A DNA stretch of 64,000 nt from an uncultured Actinomycetes bacterium (GCA_963773445.1 CAVZAU010000005.1:280944-344943), one strand, 5' to 3'; counted from the stretch's first letter, positions 18,373 through 32,315 are shown. The notes: a model not told the origin generated them from the sequence alone. Made by a program: numbers and translations.

Positions 18373-20954
<2,582 letters not shown>

Positions 20955-20955
<1 letters not shown>

Positions 20956-21314
20956 CAGCTCGTCCCCCCGTTCTCGCTGCCGCTTTTCGCTCCGACTTCC
21001 TCCAGCCGCTTGCGCAGCCGCGCCACCTCGGCCCGCAGCCTCTGCACCTGGCTTTCCAGCGCCAGCACAGTTTCCACCCCGGCCAGGTTCAGCCCTTCGG
21101 CGGTCATCTCCTGGATCCGCCGCAGCCGCTCGACGTCCCGCTGGGAATAGAGGCGGGTGTTCTTCGGCGAGCGCTTCGGCGCGATCAGCCCCCGCTGCTC
21201 GTACATCCGCAGCGTTTGCGGGTGCATCTCCGCCAGTTCGGCGGCGACCGAGATCATGAAGACGCCCTGCTCTTTGTCGAAGGTCGCTTTGACCCGGCGG
21301 CGGTAGGTGGCCAT
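20955..21314 (-). CDS. hspR: MerR-family heat-shock repressor HspR
   Basis: 119 aa, [46 protein letters not shown]. Located directly after dnaJ, as in actinobacterial dnaK operons. Confidence 0.9.
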
Positions 21315-22423
21315 CAGCCCCCCGCCTTTCGCAGCAGCTCGGCGCGCGGGTCAGACCCGTTGAGCGCCTCGGCGAGGGTCTCCACCGCCTCGTTCTGCTC
21401 CTCGCTGAGGTCAGCGGGGATCGCGATCTCGAGGCGGTAGCGGATGTCGCCGCGGCCCGAGCCCTTCGGCTTTGGCGGGCCCTCGCCGCGCAGTCTCTGG
21501 ATCGTGCCGTGCTTGGTCCCGGGCGCGACCTTGATCCGTTTCGTCCCGTTCAGCGTCGGCACCTCGATCGTGCCGCCGCGGATCGCCTCGACGACCGAGA
21601 TCGGCACCGTCACCTCGAGGTTGCCGCCGTCGAGTCGTTTGAAGACGGGTGAGGAGGCGACGCGGGTCGTCACGTAAAGGTCGCCGGCAGGACCGCCGCG
21701 CGGCCCGTCCTCGCCCTTGCCGGCGAGGCGGATGCGGGTGCCGTCCTTGACCCCGGCCGGGATGTTCACTTTGTAGCGCTTGGTCTGCTGGGTGAGGCCG
21801 GAGCCGCCGCAGGTCGGGCAGGGCTCCTCGATGATCTGGCCCGAGCCGCCGCACTGCGAGCAGGGCTGGCTGATCGAGAAGAAGCCCTGGCCCTGCGCCT
21901 CGACGCCGCGCCCTTCGCAGCGCGGGCAGGTGGTGGGGGAGGTGCCGGGCTTGGCGCCGCTGCCATGGCAGGTGCCGCAGCGGGAGGACTTGGGGACGGT
22001 GACGCTGACCTGGGCGCCGTTGATCGCCTGGTCGAAGCTGAGCGACACTTCGGTTTCCAAGTCGCGGCCGCGGACCTGTTGCGCCTGCGCCCGCCCTCCC
22101 CCGCCGCCGCGGTTGAACACGCCGCCGAGGATGTCGCCGAAGTCGAAGCCGCCGAAGCCGCCCGGCCCGGTCCCGAACGGGGCCCCACCACCACCGCCGG
22201 CGAAGCCGGCGAAGACGCCGCCCTCGTCGTACTCCTTGCGCTTCTCGGGATCGCCGAGGACGTCGTAGGCGGCGGAGATCTCCTTGAACCGCTCCTCCGC
22301 CTCAGCGTCGTCCGGGTTGCGGTCAGGGTGGTACTTCCGGGCCAGCTTCCGGTACGCCTTCTTGATCTCCTCGTCGGTCGCCTTCTTCGAGACGCCGAGC
22401 GTCTTGTAGAGCTCGTCAGCCAC
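21314..22423 (-). CDS. dnaJ: Molecular chaperone DnaJ
   Basis: J domain (KYHPDRNP), a Gly-rich linker and four CxxCxGxG zinc-finger repeats. Confidence 0.97.
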   Translation of the reverse strand: MADELYKTLGVSKKATDEEIKKAYRKLARKYHPDRNPDDAEAEERFKEISAAYDVLGDPEKRKEYDEGGVFAGFAGGGGGAPFGTGPGGFGGFDFGDILGGVFNRGGGGGRAQAQQVRGRDLETEVSLSFDQAINGAQVSVTVPKSSRCGTCHGSGAKPGTSPTTCPRCEGRGVEAQGQGFFSISQPCSQCGGSGQIIEEPCPTCGGSGLTQQTKRYKVNIPAGVKDGTRIRLAGKGEDGPRGGPAGDLYVTTRVASSPVFKRLDGGNLEVTVPISVVEAIRGGTIEVPTLNGTKRIKVAPGTKHGTIQRLRGEGPPKPKGSGRGDIRYRLEIAIPADLSEEQNEAVETLAEALNGSDPRAELLRKAGG

Positions 22424-22430
22424 GGTTCAC

Positions 22431-23059
22431 CTACGCGCTCACGACCACCCGCGCGGGCCGGACGAGCTGCTCGCCCATCCGATAGCCCTTCTGCATCACC
22501 TCGACCACCGTCCCGCCCTCGGTTCCCTCGACCGGCATCGTCGAAAGCGCCTCGTGCTGGTTGGGGTCGAACTTCTCCCCCTTGGGATCGACTACGTCGA
22601 TCCCGTTTCGATCCAGGGTCTCGCGAAGTCCCTTCAGCACCATCTCGACGCCCCCCCGGAGGCCGTCTCCATCCTGAGCCTCCGCCTCCAGCGCCCGCTC
22701 GAGGTTGTCGACCGCGTCGATCACTTCCCGCGCGACTTCGATCTTCCCCCGCGACTGCGCAGCCTGGATGTCCACGGCCACCCGCTTCCGAAAGTTCTCG
22801 AAGTCGGCCTTCGTCCGCCTGGCGAGATCGAGGTACTCCTCCTTCTCGCGGTTGGCGTCTTCCAGCAGCTTCTCCAGGTCCTCCTGGACGGCCTGAGCCT
22901 GAGACTCATCCGCCTCTCCCGCGGGTGGCGACGATGCCGAGGACTCTCCCGCTAGGGAGAGCCCGGCATCGGAGACAGGACCCGCGGGCCGAGCGCCTGG
23001 ACCCGCGGGCCCCGCGCCTTCGTCCTGAAGGTCGTCCCGAGGCTCCTCCTGAGGAGACC

Positions 23060-23063
<4 letters not shown>
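22431..23063 (-). CDS. grpE: Nucleotide exchange factor GrpE
   Basis: 210 aa with a coiled-coil N-terminal part and [10 protein letters not shown]...FDPNQHEA motifs. Confidence 0.95.
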
Positions 23064-24949
<1,886 letters not shown>

Positions 24950-25005
24950 TTTTCCGCCTACCTCCAGCTGGGTTGGGTTGTTGAAGCTCTAAAAATCTAA
25001 GTGGC

Positions 25006-25033
25006 AGTATGGCAGATTCCTGGGGAAGTTCAA
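25006..25033 (-). promoter_or_regulatory. Candidate dnaK operon promoter
   Basis: The minus strand reads TTGAAC-N16-CATACT in the AT-rich spacer about 55-85 nt upstream of the dnaK GTG. No exact HAIR consensus seen. Confidence 0.3.
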
Positions 25034-25128
25034 GCGCCGGATTTTCTGCTCTCCGATTCGTTCTGGCCCGAAGTGGGTTACAGATAGAGCAGGCTGTGGG
25101 AGGCCGGAACCGACGAGGAGGAAGACCC

Positions 25129-26280
25129 TTGAACCGCATTTCCAGAAGCGCACTTCTTTTGGCGCTTGCCGTCCCCCTGATCCTGAGCCTGTTCGCTGGC
25201 ACCGCCGGCGCCAAGTACGGCCCCGGACACCAGGTCAACGTGATGACCCGCAACCTCTACCTGGGCGCCGACCTGACCCCGGCGATCGCCGCCAAATCGA
25301 CGAAGGAATTCGTCGAAGCGAACGGGAAAATTTTGCGCGACGTCACCGCCAACAACTTCCCCGTACGGGCGAAGGGGCTGGCGAAGGAGATCAACAAGAA
25401 GAAGCCCGACCTCGTCGGCCTGCAGGAGGTGGCGCTATGGCGGACCGGCCCGCCGAGCCTCGAACCGCTGCTCGGCACCACCGGTGCGACCGCGACGACG
25501 GTCCGTTACGACTACCTGGACGAACTGCTCGACCGGCTGAACAAGGGCAAGAAGCGCTACCGCGTCGCCGTCGTCCAGCAGGAGTTCGACTTCGAGGCTC
25601 CGGCGGACGAGAACCAGGTGCCGAACGACGGCCCCAACGGGTTGATCAAAGACGCGGAGATCAACGGCCGCCTGACCATGCGCGACGTGATCCTCGTCCG
25701 GCTCGGCGCCGGCGTGGTCACCAGCCACCCGCAGAAGGGCAACTTCCAGAACATGCTGACCGTGCAGCTCTCCGGGGTGGAAGTACGCGTCCTGCGCGGC
25801 TGGACCGCGCTCGACGCCAAGGTCCGCGGCAGCAAGAAGTTCCGCTTCGTCAACACCCACCTGGAGGCGTTCGACGACTCCAGTCAGGTGCCGAGCATCC
25901 GCGCCCTGCAGGCGGGCGAGCTTGTCGCCAAAGGCGGTCCGGCGACGACCAGCCTGCCGGTGGTCCTGGTCGGCGACCTCAACTCCGATGACAACACCGT
26001 CGAGGGCGGCGACCGCCAGGCCTACCAGGCCTTGGTCAAAGCTGGGATGCGCGAGCGCAGCACCGCCAAACCGCTGGGCTGCTGCCTGAAGTCGAGCCTG
26101 CTCGCGGTCGGCGCCGGCGGCAGCGTCGCCGATTTCGACCACCAGGTCGACCACGTGATGACCCGCGACCCGAAACAGGTGAAGCTGATCACCTCCGGGG
26201 TCACCGGGCGCCAGCCGGTCAACGGCTTCTGGGACTCCGACCATGCGGGGCTCTTCAGCTCCCTGTGGCTGCTCCGGTAG
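25129..26280 (+). CDS. Secreted endonuclease/exonuclease/phosphatase (EEP) family protein
   Basis: TTG 25129 is preceded by GGAGGA. Signal peptide LNRISRSALLLALAVPLILSLFAGTAGA, then VMTRNLYLGADL, GLQEV, NTHLE and SDHAG, the EEP motifs. Confidence 0.85.
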   Translation: MNRISRSALLLALAVPLILSLFAGTAGAKYGPGHQVNVMTRNLYLGADLTPAIAAKSTKEFVEANGKILRDVTANNFPVRAKGLAKEINKKKPDLVGLQEVALWRTGPPSLEPLLGTTGATATTVRYDYLDELLDRLNKGKKRYRVAVVQQEFDFEAPADENQVPNDGPNGLIKDAEINGRLTMRDVILVRLGAGVVTSHPQKGNFQNMLTVQLSGVEVRVLRGWTALDAKVRGSKKFRFVNTHLEAFDDSSQVPSIRALQAGELVAKGGPATTSLPVVLVGDLNSDDNTVEGGDRQAYQALVKAGMRERSTAKPLGCCLKSSLLAVGAGGSVADFDHQVDHVMTRDPKQVKLITSGVTGRQPVNGFWDSDHAGLFSSLWLLR

Positions 26281-26294
26281 GGGCAGTCCTCGCC

Positions 26295-26337
26295 GAGACC
26301 GCAAAATTCCTTCCTCGAGAGGGAATTTTGCGGTTTC
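26295..26337. terminator. Hairpin between convergent genes; variant of the GAGACCGCAAAA hairpin family
   Basis: GAGACCGCAAAATTCC (26295-26310) pairs with GGAATTTTGCGGTTTC (26322-26337) with one mismatch. Lies between stops at 26280 (+) and 26347 (-). Confidence 0.5.
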
Positions 26338-26346
26338 GCGGGGGGC

Positions 26347-26766
26347 TCAGCCGTTGCCGGCGGTGCGGGCGACGAATTCGGAGACTTCCTTCGCCTGCTC
26401 TTCGTTGAGGATGCCGCCCGGCATCCGGCCCGGGGTGGTCGAGCTGTCGACGCCCTGTTCGATCGCGTTGAGGACGCGGCCTTCGGTCTGTTTGATCGTT
26501 TCCTCGGCGGTTTTGCCTTCCGGCGGACCGTTGGGTGCGAGCAGTTCGTCGAGGTTAGGCGCGTAGTTGCCGTCGGTTCCGGCGCTGTAGAGCGCGTGGC
26601 AGGTGCCGCAGTTGGTGACGAAGAGGGACTGGCCGTCCTCGAGGCTCGCCGGGACCTTGTCCTCCCCGTTCTCCCCGTCGCCCTTGGCGCGGAAGGCGGC
26701 GAAGGGGATGACCACGGCGAGGACGAGGACGAAGACCCCGAACCAGATGAAGGTGCGCTTGCTCAT
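26347..26766 (-). CDS. Membrane-anchored class I cytochrome c
   Basis: N-terminal TM, CGTCH heme-binding motif and distal GRMPGG. The start overlaps the upstream stop (ATGA). Confidence 0.85.
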   Translation of the reverse strand: MSKRTFIWFGVFVLVLAVVIPFAAFRAKGDGENGEDKVPASLEDGQSLFVTNCGTCHALYSAGTDGNYAPNLDELLAPNGPPEGKTAEETIKQTEGRVLNAIEQGVDSSTTPGRMPGGILNEEQAKEVSEFVARTAGNG

Positions 26767-27479
26767 TCGGCGGCGCGCATATTACTGCCGGTCGCCGCTG
26801 CGCGGTTCTCGCGGTACCAGGGACACATCCGGCGCAGGGCGCACTCGCCGCAGCGCGGTTTCGGCCGGCAGACGGCGCGGCCGTGCCGGATCAGGTTGAC
26901 GTGGAGCTCGTGGGCGTCCTCGGACGGGACGACCGCCAGCATCTCGTCATGGGCTTTTTCGAAGGAAGCCTTGGCGGGGAAGAGGCCAAGGCGGCCGCCG
27001 ACGCGGTGGACGTGGACGTCGACTGGGATCTCCGGGATCCCCCAGGTGAAGATGAGGACGCAGGCAGCGGTTTTGCGGCCGACGCCCGGTAGCGAGAGGA
27101 GGAACTGGAGCGACTCCTCGCGCGGCGCGGTCTCGGTCCAGTCGAGGTCGGGCGGGTCGCCCAGCCGCTCGAGGATCGCCTGGATCCGCGGCGCCTTCTG
27201 CTTGGCGAGGCCGCCGGGGCGGATCGCCTCCTCCAGCTCCTCGACCGGCGCCTCGCGCACCGCCTCCCAGGTCGGGTAGCGCTCGCGCAGCCGTGCGAAG
27301 GCGACGTCGCGGTTGCGGTCGTTGGTGTGCTGGGAGAGGACCGTCTTCACCAGCTCGGCGATCGGGTGCCCGTGCGGTTCCTGCGGCGGCACCCCGTACA
27401 TCTCCCGCAGGCGGTCCCGAATCGCCCCCACCCGTCGCCTGTCCGGCCGCTTCCACGTCATCGAGCGGACCCTAGTCAT
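26763..27479 (-). CDS. Endonuclease III-like HhH-GPD DNA glycosylase with Fe-S loop
   Basis: LPGVGRKTAACVL helix-hairpin-helix, VDVHVHRV, and C-terminal CRPKPRCGECALRRMC. The start is uncertain. Confidence 0.85.
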   Translation of the reverse strand: MTRVRSMTWKRPDRRRVGAIRDRLREMYGVPPQEPHGHPIAELVKTVLSQHTNDRNRDVAFARLRERYPTWEAVREAPVEELEEAIRPGGLAKQKAPRIQAILERLGDPPDLDWTETAPREESLQFLLSLPGVGRKTAACVLIFTWGIPEIPVDVHVHRVGGRLGLFPAKASFEKAHDEMLAVVPSEDAHELHVNLIRHGRAVCRPKPRCGECALRRMCPWYRENRAAATGSNMRAAE

Positions 27480-27561
27480 CGGGCTGTTCCTTTTGGTCGC
27501 ATAACAACAAGAAGGAACAGCTGAATCGCCTCATCGCCGTCAATGGCGGAGCTACAATCGT

Positions 27562-28347
27562 TTGTTCGTGTCGCGTGCCTTCGCCGCCATAACCGCCCGC
27601 CTGCCCAAGGGCTGGGGCGACCTCGGTCGCCAGGTCGCCGTGCTCGTCTCGGTCGACCTCGCCTACACCTTCGTCCGCGGGATCGCCGACGGCGAGCGGG
27701 GGATCGCGATGACCCACGGGCAGCAGGTGATCGACCTCGAGCAAGCTACTCACACCTTCTTCGAGCCTAGCCTGCAGGCGTTTTTCTTGCCGGCGCAGGG
27801 CCTGATCGACGTTGCCAACCAGATCTACCTCAACGCCCAGTTCTCGATCGCGCTCGGGTTCCTCGTCTGGCTCTACCTCTTCCGCAACGAGTCCTATTAC
27901 TTCGTGCGCAACATGTTCGTCGTCTCCATGGGCCTGGCGCTGGTCGGCTACTCGCTGTTCCCGACGGCGCCGCCGCGGATGTTCCCGGAGTACGGCTTCG
28001 TCGACACCCTCAACGCCTTCGCCGGGGTCAACCACGACTCGGCGCTGGCCAAGTCGTTCATCAACCCCTACGCGGCGGTGCCGAGCATGCACTGCGCCTT
28101 CGCGATGATGATCGGCGGCAGCGGGATCATGGTCTGCCGCCACTGGTGGTCGAAAGCCTGGTGGGCGTTTTGGCCGCTGCTGGTCTCCTGGGTGACGATC
28201 GTCACCGCCAACCACTACTGGGTCGACGCCGCCCTCGGCTGGATGGTGGCGCTGACCGCCGCCGTGGTCGCCCACCGGCTGGCGCTGGCCCGTCCCGAAG
28301 CCTGGTCTTTCCGCGGAGCTCCTGCCCCGCAAGAGGCCGAGGCGTAA
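27562..28347 (+). CDS. PAP2-superfamily membrane protein (PAP2_C / AUR1-SMS-like phosphotransferase or lipid phosphatase)
   Basis: Multi-TM protein with PSMHCAF and NHYWVDAALG, matching the His/His-Asp motifs of this superfamily. TTG start per track. Confidence 0.85.
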   Translation: MFVSRAFAAITARLPKGWGDLGRQVAVLVSVDLAYTFVRGIADGERGIAMTHGQQVIDLEQATHTFFEPSLQAFFLPAQGLIDVANQIYLNAQFSIALGFLVWLYLFRNESYYFVRNMFVVSMGLALVGYSLFPTAPPRMFPEYGFVDTLNAFAGVNHDSALAKSFINPYAAVPSMHCAFAMMIGGSGIMVCRHWWSKAWWAFWPLLVSWVTIVTANHYWVDAALGWMVALTAAVVAHRLALARPEAWSFRGAPAPQEAEA

Positions 28348-28361
28348 TAGCCTGACGCTGG

Positions 28362-29036
28362 ATGGGACCCTCAGCGCCGCCGCGGCGCGGTAATCGCGGC
28401 AACGCCCGTAACGGGCAGGAGCTGCGCGCCTACGCGCGCGACCGGCTGATCGAGTCCCGCCTCACCCCGAACGCGATCTCGATGATGGGCCTGGTCGGCA
28501 ACCTCGTCGCCGCCGCGCTCGTCACCCAGCGCCTCTTCTTCCTCGCCGGCGTCGCCTTCGTCCTCGGCTCGGTGATGGACACCCTCGACGGTCGCTACTC
28601 GCGGATGTCGGGCAAGGGAACCCTCTTCGGCGCCTTCCTCGACTCGACCCTCGACCGGATCGAGGAGGGGATCGTGCTCGCCGCCGTCGCCGGCTACTTC
28701 GCGGCCGAGGGCGAAGACTTCGCGGCGGCGATGTGCGTGGTCGCCGTCCTCTTCTCGCTGATGGTCTCCTACACCCGCGCCCGGGCCGAGGCGCTCGGGG
28801 TCGAATGCAAGGTCGGTTTGGCCACGAGGCCGGTGCGCGTGGTGATACTTTCGATCGGCTTGATCTTCGCCAAGGGCGCCGGTTTGGGCGACTTCGAACT
28901 GCTGGCCCCGGCGGTCTACGCAATCGCCGCCTTGACGATATTCACGACGTTCCAGCGGGTATGGCATGTGAGAAACGAGCTTTCCGGCGAGGTCTCCGGC
29001 GTCAAGGACGACGGCGGCGCCGCTGGGGACGTGTAA
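28362..29036 (+). CDS. CDP-alcohol phosphatidyltransferase (phosphatidylinositol-phosphate synthase-like)
   Basis: DTLDGRYSRMSGKGTLFGAFLDSTLDRIEE matches Dx2DGx2(A/S)R...Gx3Dx3D. About 6 TMS. Adjacent to ino1. Confidence 0.88.
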   Translation: MGPSAPPRRGNRGNARNGQELRAYARDRLIESRLTPNAISMMGLVGNLVAAALVTQRLFFLAGVAFVLGSVMDTLDGRYSRMSGKGTLFGAFLDSTLDRIEEGIVLAAVAGYFAAEGEDFAAAMCVVAVLFSLMVSYTRARAEALGVECKVGLATRPVRVVILSIGLIFAKGAGLGDFELLAPAVYAIAALTIFTTFQRVWHVRNELSGEVSGVKDDGGAAGDV

Positions 29037-29096
29037 CCAGCGAAGCCGCCCGGTGTCTTCAGCCACCCAGCGCAATCCAGGAGGACTTCCGAATCA

Positions 29097-30275
29097 ATGA
29101 GTGAGAGCAACGGAGCCAACGGCCACAGCAACGGCGCCGCCCGCCCGGACGAGAAGGTCCGCGTCGCGATCGTCGGCGTCGGCAACTGCGCCAACAGCTT
29201 CATCCAGGGCGTCCAGTACTACAAGGACGCCGATCCGGGCGACGAAGTCCCGGGTCTCATGCACGTCGACCTCGGCGGCTACCACGTCCGCGACGTCGAG
29301 TTTGTCGCCGCCTTCGACATCGACGCCGAGAAGGTCGGCAAAGACCTCGGCGAGGCGATCTGGTCGGGGCAGAACGACACGATCAAGTTCGCCGACGTCC
29401 CCAACCTCGGGGTCACAGTCCAGCGGGGGATGACCCACGACGGCCTCGGCAAGTACCTGAAAGAGAAGATCACCAAAGCCCCGGGCGAAACCGCGGACGT
29501 CGTCGGCATCCTCAAAGAGACCAAGGCCGACGTCCTCGTCTGTTACCTGCCGGTCGGCTCCGAGGAGGCGACCAAGTGGTACGTCGAGCAGGCGCTCGCC
29601 GCCGGCGTCGGCTTCGTCAACTGCCTGCCGGTCTTCATCGCCCGCGAGGACTACTGGGACAAGCGCTTCCAGGAGGCCGGGCTGCCGATCATCGGCGATG
29701 ACATCAAGAGCCAGGTCGGGGCGACGATCGTCCACCGCTCGCTGGCCCGTCTGTTCCACGACCGCGGCGTGCGGCTGGAGCGGACCTCGCAGCTCAACGT
29801 CGGCGGCAACATGGACTTCTACAACATGCTCGAGCGCGAGCGGCTGGACTCGAAGAAGATCTCGAAGACCAACGCCGTCACCTCGATCATGGGGCACGAG
29901 CTGCCGCCCGAGAACGTCCACGTCGGCCCCTCCGACTACGTGCCGTGGCTGACCGACCGCAAGTGGGCACACATCCGGCTCGAGGGCAAAGCCTTCGGCG
30001 ACGTGCCGCTGACCGCCGAGCTGAAGCTCGAGGTCTGGGACTCGCCGAACTCCGCCGGCGTCGTCATCGACGCGGTGCGGCTGATCAAGCTGGCCCTGAA
30101 CAACGGCATCGCCGGCCAGCTCGACGGGCCCTCCAGCTACCTGATGAAGAGCCCGCACACGCAGCGGCCCGACGACGAGGCCCGCGAACAGACCGAGGAG
30201 TTCATCGCCGCCAACGCGCGCGGCACCTCGCTGCCGGGCCAGCTGGACGAGTCGCCGAGCACGGCTTCCGCTTAG
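29097..30275 (+). CDS. ino1: myo-Inositol-1-phosphate synthase
   Basis: 392 aa with [19 protein letters not shown]-binding N-terminus. Length and sequence are typical of actinobacterial/archaeal MIPS. Confidence 0.95.
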   Translation: MSESNGANGHSNGAARPDEKVRVAIVGVGNCANSFIQGVQYYKDADPGDEVPGLMHVDLGGYHVRDVEFVAAFDIDAEKVGKDLGEAIWSGQNDTIKFADVPNLGVTVQRGMTHDGLGKYLKEKITKAPGETADVVGILKETKADVLVCYLPVGSEEATKWYVEQALAAGVGFVNCLPVFIAREDYWDKRFQEAGLPIIGDDIKSQVGATIVHRSLARLFHDRGVRLERTSQLNVGGNMDFYNMLERERLDSKKISKTNAVTSIMGHELPPENVHVGPSDYVPWLTDRKWAHIRLEGKAFGDVPLTAELKLEVWDSPNSAGVVIDAVRLIKLALNNGIAGQLDGPSSYLMKSPHTQRPDDEAREQTEEFIAANARGTSLPGQLDESPSTASA

Positions 30276-30291
30276 TCCAAGCCCAAACGCC

Positions 30292-30334
30292 GAGACCGCA
30301 AAAACCCGGGTTGTAGACGGGTTTTTGCGGTCTC
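30292..30334. terminator. Perfect 17-bp stem hairpin downstream of ino1; member of a repeated hairpin family
   Basis: GAGACCGCAAAAACCCG (30292-30308) pairs with CGGGTTTTTGCGGTCTC (30318-30334). 30296-30337 is 40/42 identical to 62805-62846. Confidence 0.5.
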
Positions 30335-31656
30335 GCGCTTTTCTGGGCTCTTATTCTGCTCCCGTGGCCTCTGAACCCCTCTCGATCGCCCAGGTCTTTC
30401 CCGTTCGCCGGGCGGGTGAGAACCCGGCGGCGCGATTTGCCACCGCCGTCAGCGAGGAGCTGGAGCGGCGGGGGCACGAGGTGCTGCGGGTCAAGACCGG
30501 GGACCCGGTCAGACGGCTGCTGAAATCCCGGCCGCTCGACGTCGTCCACGTCCACGACCCGTTCGCGCCGAGCGCCCCCTCGGCGGCGCTGCGGCACTCG
30601 TTTTCACTCAACGTCGCCACCTTCCACGACCCGCGGGAGCGGGTGCTGGCGACCCAGGTGGCGCGGCCGCTGGTCGAGATCTTCTTCGGCCGGATCGACG
30701 CGCGAACGGTGACGCGACCGGAGACGGCGCAGCTGCTGGAGCAGTTCTTCCCGGCCGGATACGAGCTGCTCAACGGGGTCGCTCCCGATGGCGACCAGGA
30801 CTGGGGGCGGATCGCCGACGAACTGGAAGCGACCTACCGCCGCCTGCTGGCGCGCCGGCACGATCCGACCGGAGACCCCGCGGTGCGCGAGCGGATCTCG
30901 AAGCGGCCCTTGATCGAGGTCGACCTGCACATGCACACCGACCACTCCGGCGACTGCGCGACGCCGGTCGACGTCCTCATCAATACCGCCCGCGACCGCG
31001 GCCTGGGGGCGATCGCGGTCACCGATCACAACGAGGTCTCGGGCGCGATCGAGGCGCGCAGGCTGGCCGAAGAGCTGGGCGACATCAAGGTGATCGTCGC
31101 CGAGGAGGTGAAGACGGCCGAGCAGGGAGAGGTGATCGGCCTCTTCCTCGAGGAGAAGATCCCAAAGGGGCTGACGATGGCGGAGACGATCCGCGAGATC
31201 CGCGCCCAGGGCGGGCTCGTCTACGTTCCCCACCCGTTCGACCGCTTCCATTCGGTGCCCGACTACGAGCACCTGCTGGACATGGTCGAGGAGATCGACC
31301 TGCTCGAGGTCTTCAACCCGCGGGTGGCGGTGACCGCGTTCAACGAGGAGGCGGTGCGCTTCGCCGCCAAGTACCGGATCGTCCCCGCCGCCGGCTCCGA
31401 CAGCCACGTCGCCCAGGGGCTCGGCAGCGTGCGGCAGCGGATCCACGACTTCGACGGGCCGGCCGAGTTCCTCGAGGCGATGCGGGATGCCGACATCACC
31501 CGCAAGCACAAGAACCTCGTCTACGTGCAGACGCTGAAGTTCCTGCAGACGACGGGGCGGCCGAAGGCGCCGAAACGGCGGGTGCCGGACGCGAAACCGG
31601 TGCGGGGCGGGCGGCCGCGGAGGGGCAAAGAGGGGCGGCGGGCGAGCAAGTCCTGA
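30325..31656 (+). CDS. Fusion protein: truncated GT4-like glycosyltransferase N-terminal half plus PHP-family metal-dependent phosphoesterase
   Basis: The N-terminal ~190 aa resemble a GT-B N-half (RGHEVLRV, DVVHVHDP, TFHD, ...LLNGV). The C-terminal part is PHP (DLHMHTDHSGD, VTDHN, YVPHPFD, GSDSH). TTG 30325 lies inside the hairpin; GTG 30364 is an alternative start. Confidence 0.85.
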   Translation: MRSRAFLGSYSAPVASEPLSIAQVFPVRRAGENPAARFATAVSEELERRGHEVLRVKTGDPVRRLLKSRPLDVVHVHDPFAPSAPSAALRHSFSLNVATFHDPRERVLATQVARPLVEIFFGRIDARTVTRPETAQLLEQFFPAGYELLNGVAPDGDQDWGRIADELEATYRRLLARRHDPTGDPAVRERISKRPLIEVDLHMHTDHSGDCATPVDVLINTARDRGLGAIAVTDHNEVSGAIEARRLAEELGDIKVIVAEEVKTAEQGEVIGLFLEEKIPKGLTMAETIREIRAQGGLVYVPHPFDRFHSVPDYEHLLDMVEEIDLLEVFNPRVAVTAFNEEAVRFAAKYRIVPAAGSDSHVAQGLGSVRQRIHDFDGPAEFLEAMRDADITRKHKNLVYVQTLKFLQTTGRPKAPKRRVPDAKPVRGGRPRRGKEGRRASKS

Positions 31657-32315
31657 TGCAGACGGACCGTCGCAAAGGAGCCGCGTCCGCCCTGTCAAAG
31701 AACGCCCCGATGCGCAGCATCGACGACGAGATCCGAGAGAAGTACCTGGAGCGGGCGATCCGCGAGCTCAACCAGATGAGCCGCGAGGTCCAGGAGTGCC
31801 AGCACTGCCCGCGGGGCAAGCTGATGCCGGTCCTCGGCTCCGGCCATCCGCAGGCGGACATCTTCATGCTCAAGCAGGCGCCGCTGGCCTCGGAGATCGA
31901 GGAGGGGGTGGCCTTCTACGGCCGTTCCGGCAACGCGCTGATGAAAAGCTTCAAGCGGCTCGGCATCGACCCCCTCGTCGTCTACGGCACCCTCTGCGTC
32001 AAATGCCCAATTCCCGAGCCCGACCTGGCGGCGGGCGAGTGCGTCGGCCGCCTGGTCGAAGAGCTCGCCATAGTCCAGCCGAAAATCGTCGTCGTCATGG
32101 GCGAGCCCGCCCTCCGCATCCTCAACGGCCTTTCCGTCCCCCTCTCCCGCCCGATCGAGCAGCGCGAGGGGGAGATCCAGCCCTTCACCCCCACCATCGA
32201 CGCCCTCTACGTCCCCGACATCGACGTCTCCCTGGACGAAGAGGGCGCCAAGCAGCGCTTCTGGCGAGCGTTCAAGGCGCTGGGCGCCTGGTACGACGAC
32301 CTGCCCCCTTACTGA
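31656..32315 (+). CDS. Uracil-DNA glycosylase, family 4/5 type
   Basis: CQHCPRGK, GSGHPQADIFMLKQAP and FYGRSGNAL motifs. The start overlaps the PHP gene stop (TGATG). Confidence 0.85.
   Translation: MQTDRRKGAASALSKNAPMRSIDDEIREKYLERAIRELNQMSREVQECQHCPRGKLMPVLGSGHPQADIFMLKQAPLASEIEEGVAFYGRSGNALMKSFKRLGIDPLVVYGTLCVKCPIPEPDLAAGECVGRLVEELAIVQPKIVVVMGEPALRILNGLSVPLSRPIEQREGEIQPFTPTIDALYVPDIDVSLDEEGAKQRFWRAFKALGAWYDDLPPY

Noticed and set aside
24950-25128. Searched the dnaK upstream spacer for the HspR operator HAIR (CTTGAGT-N7-ACTCAAG) and for CIRCE.
   Set aside because: No exact or near-exact inverted repeat of that form was found. Only TTGAAC and CTTCAA half-site-like hexamers about 46 nt apart were seen, so no operator is annotated.
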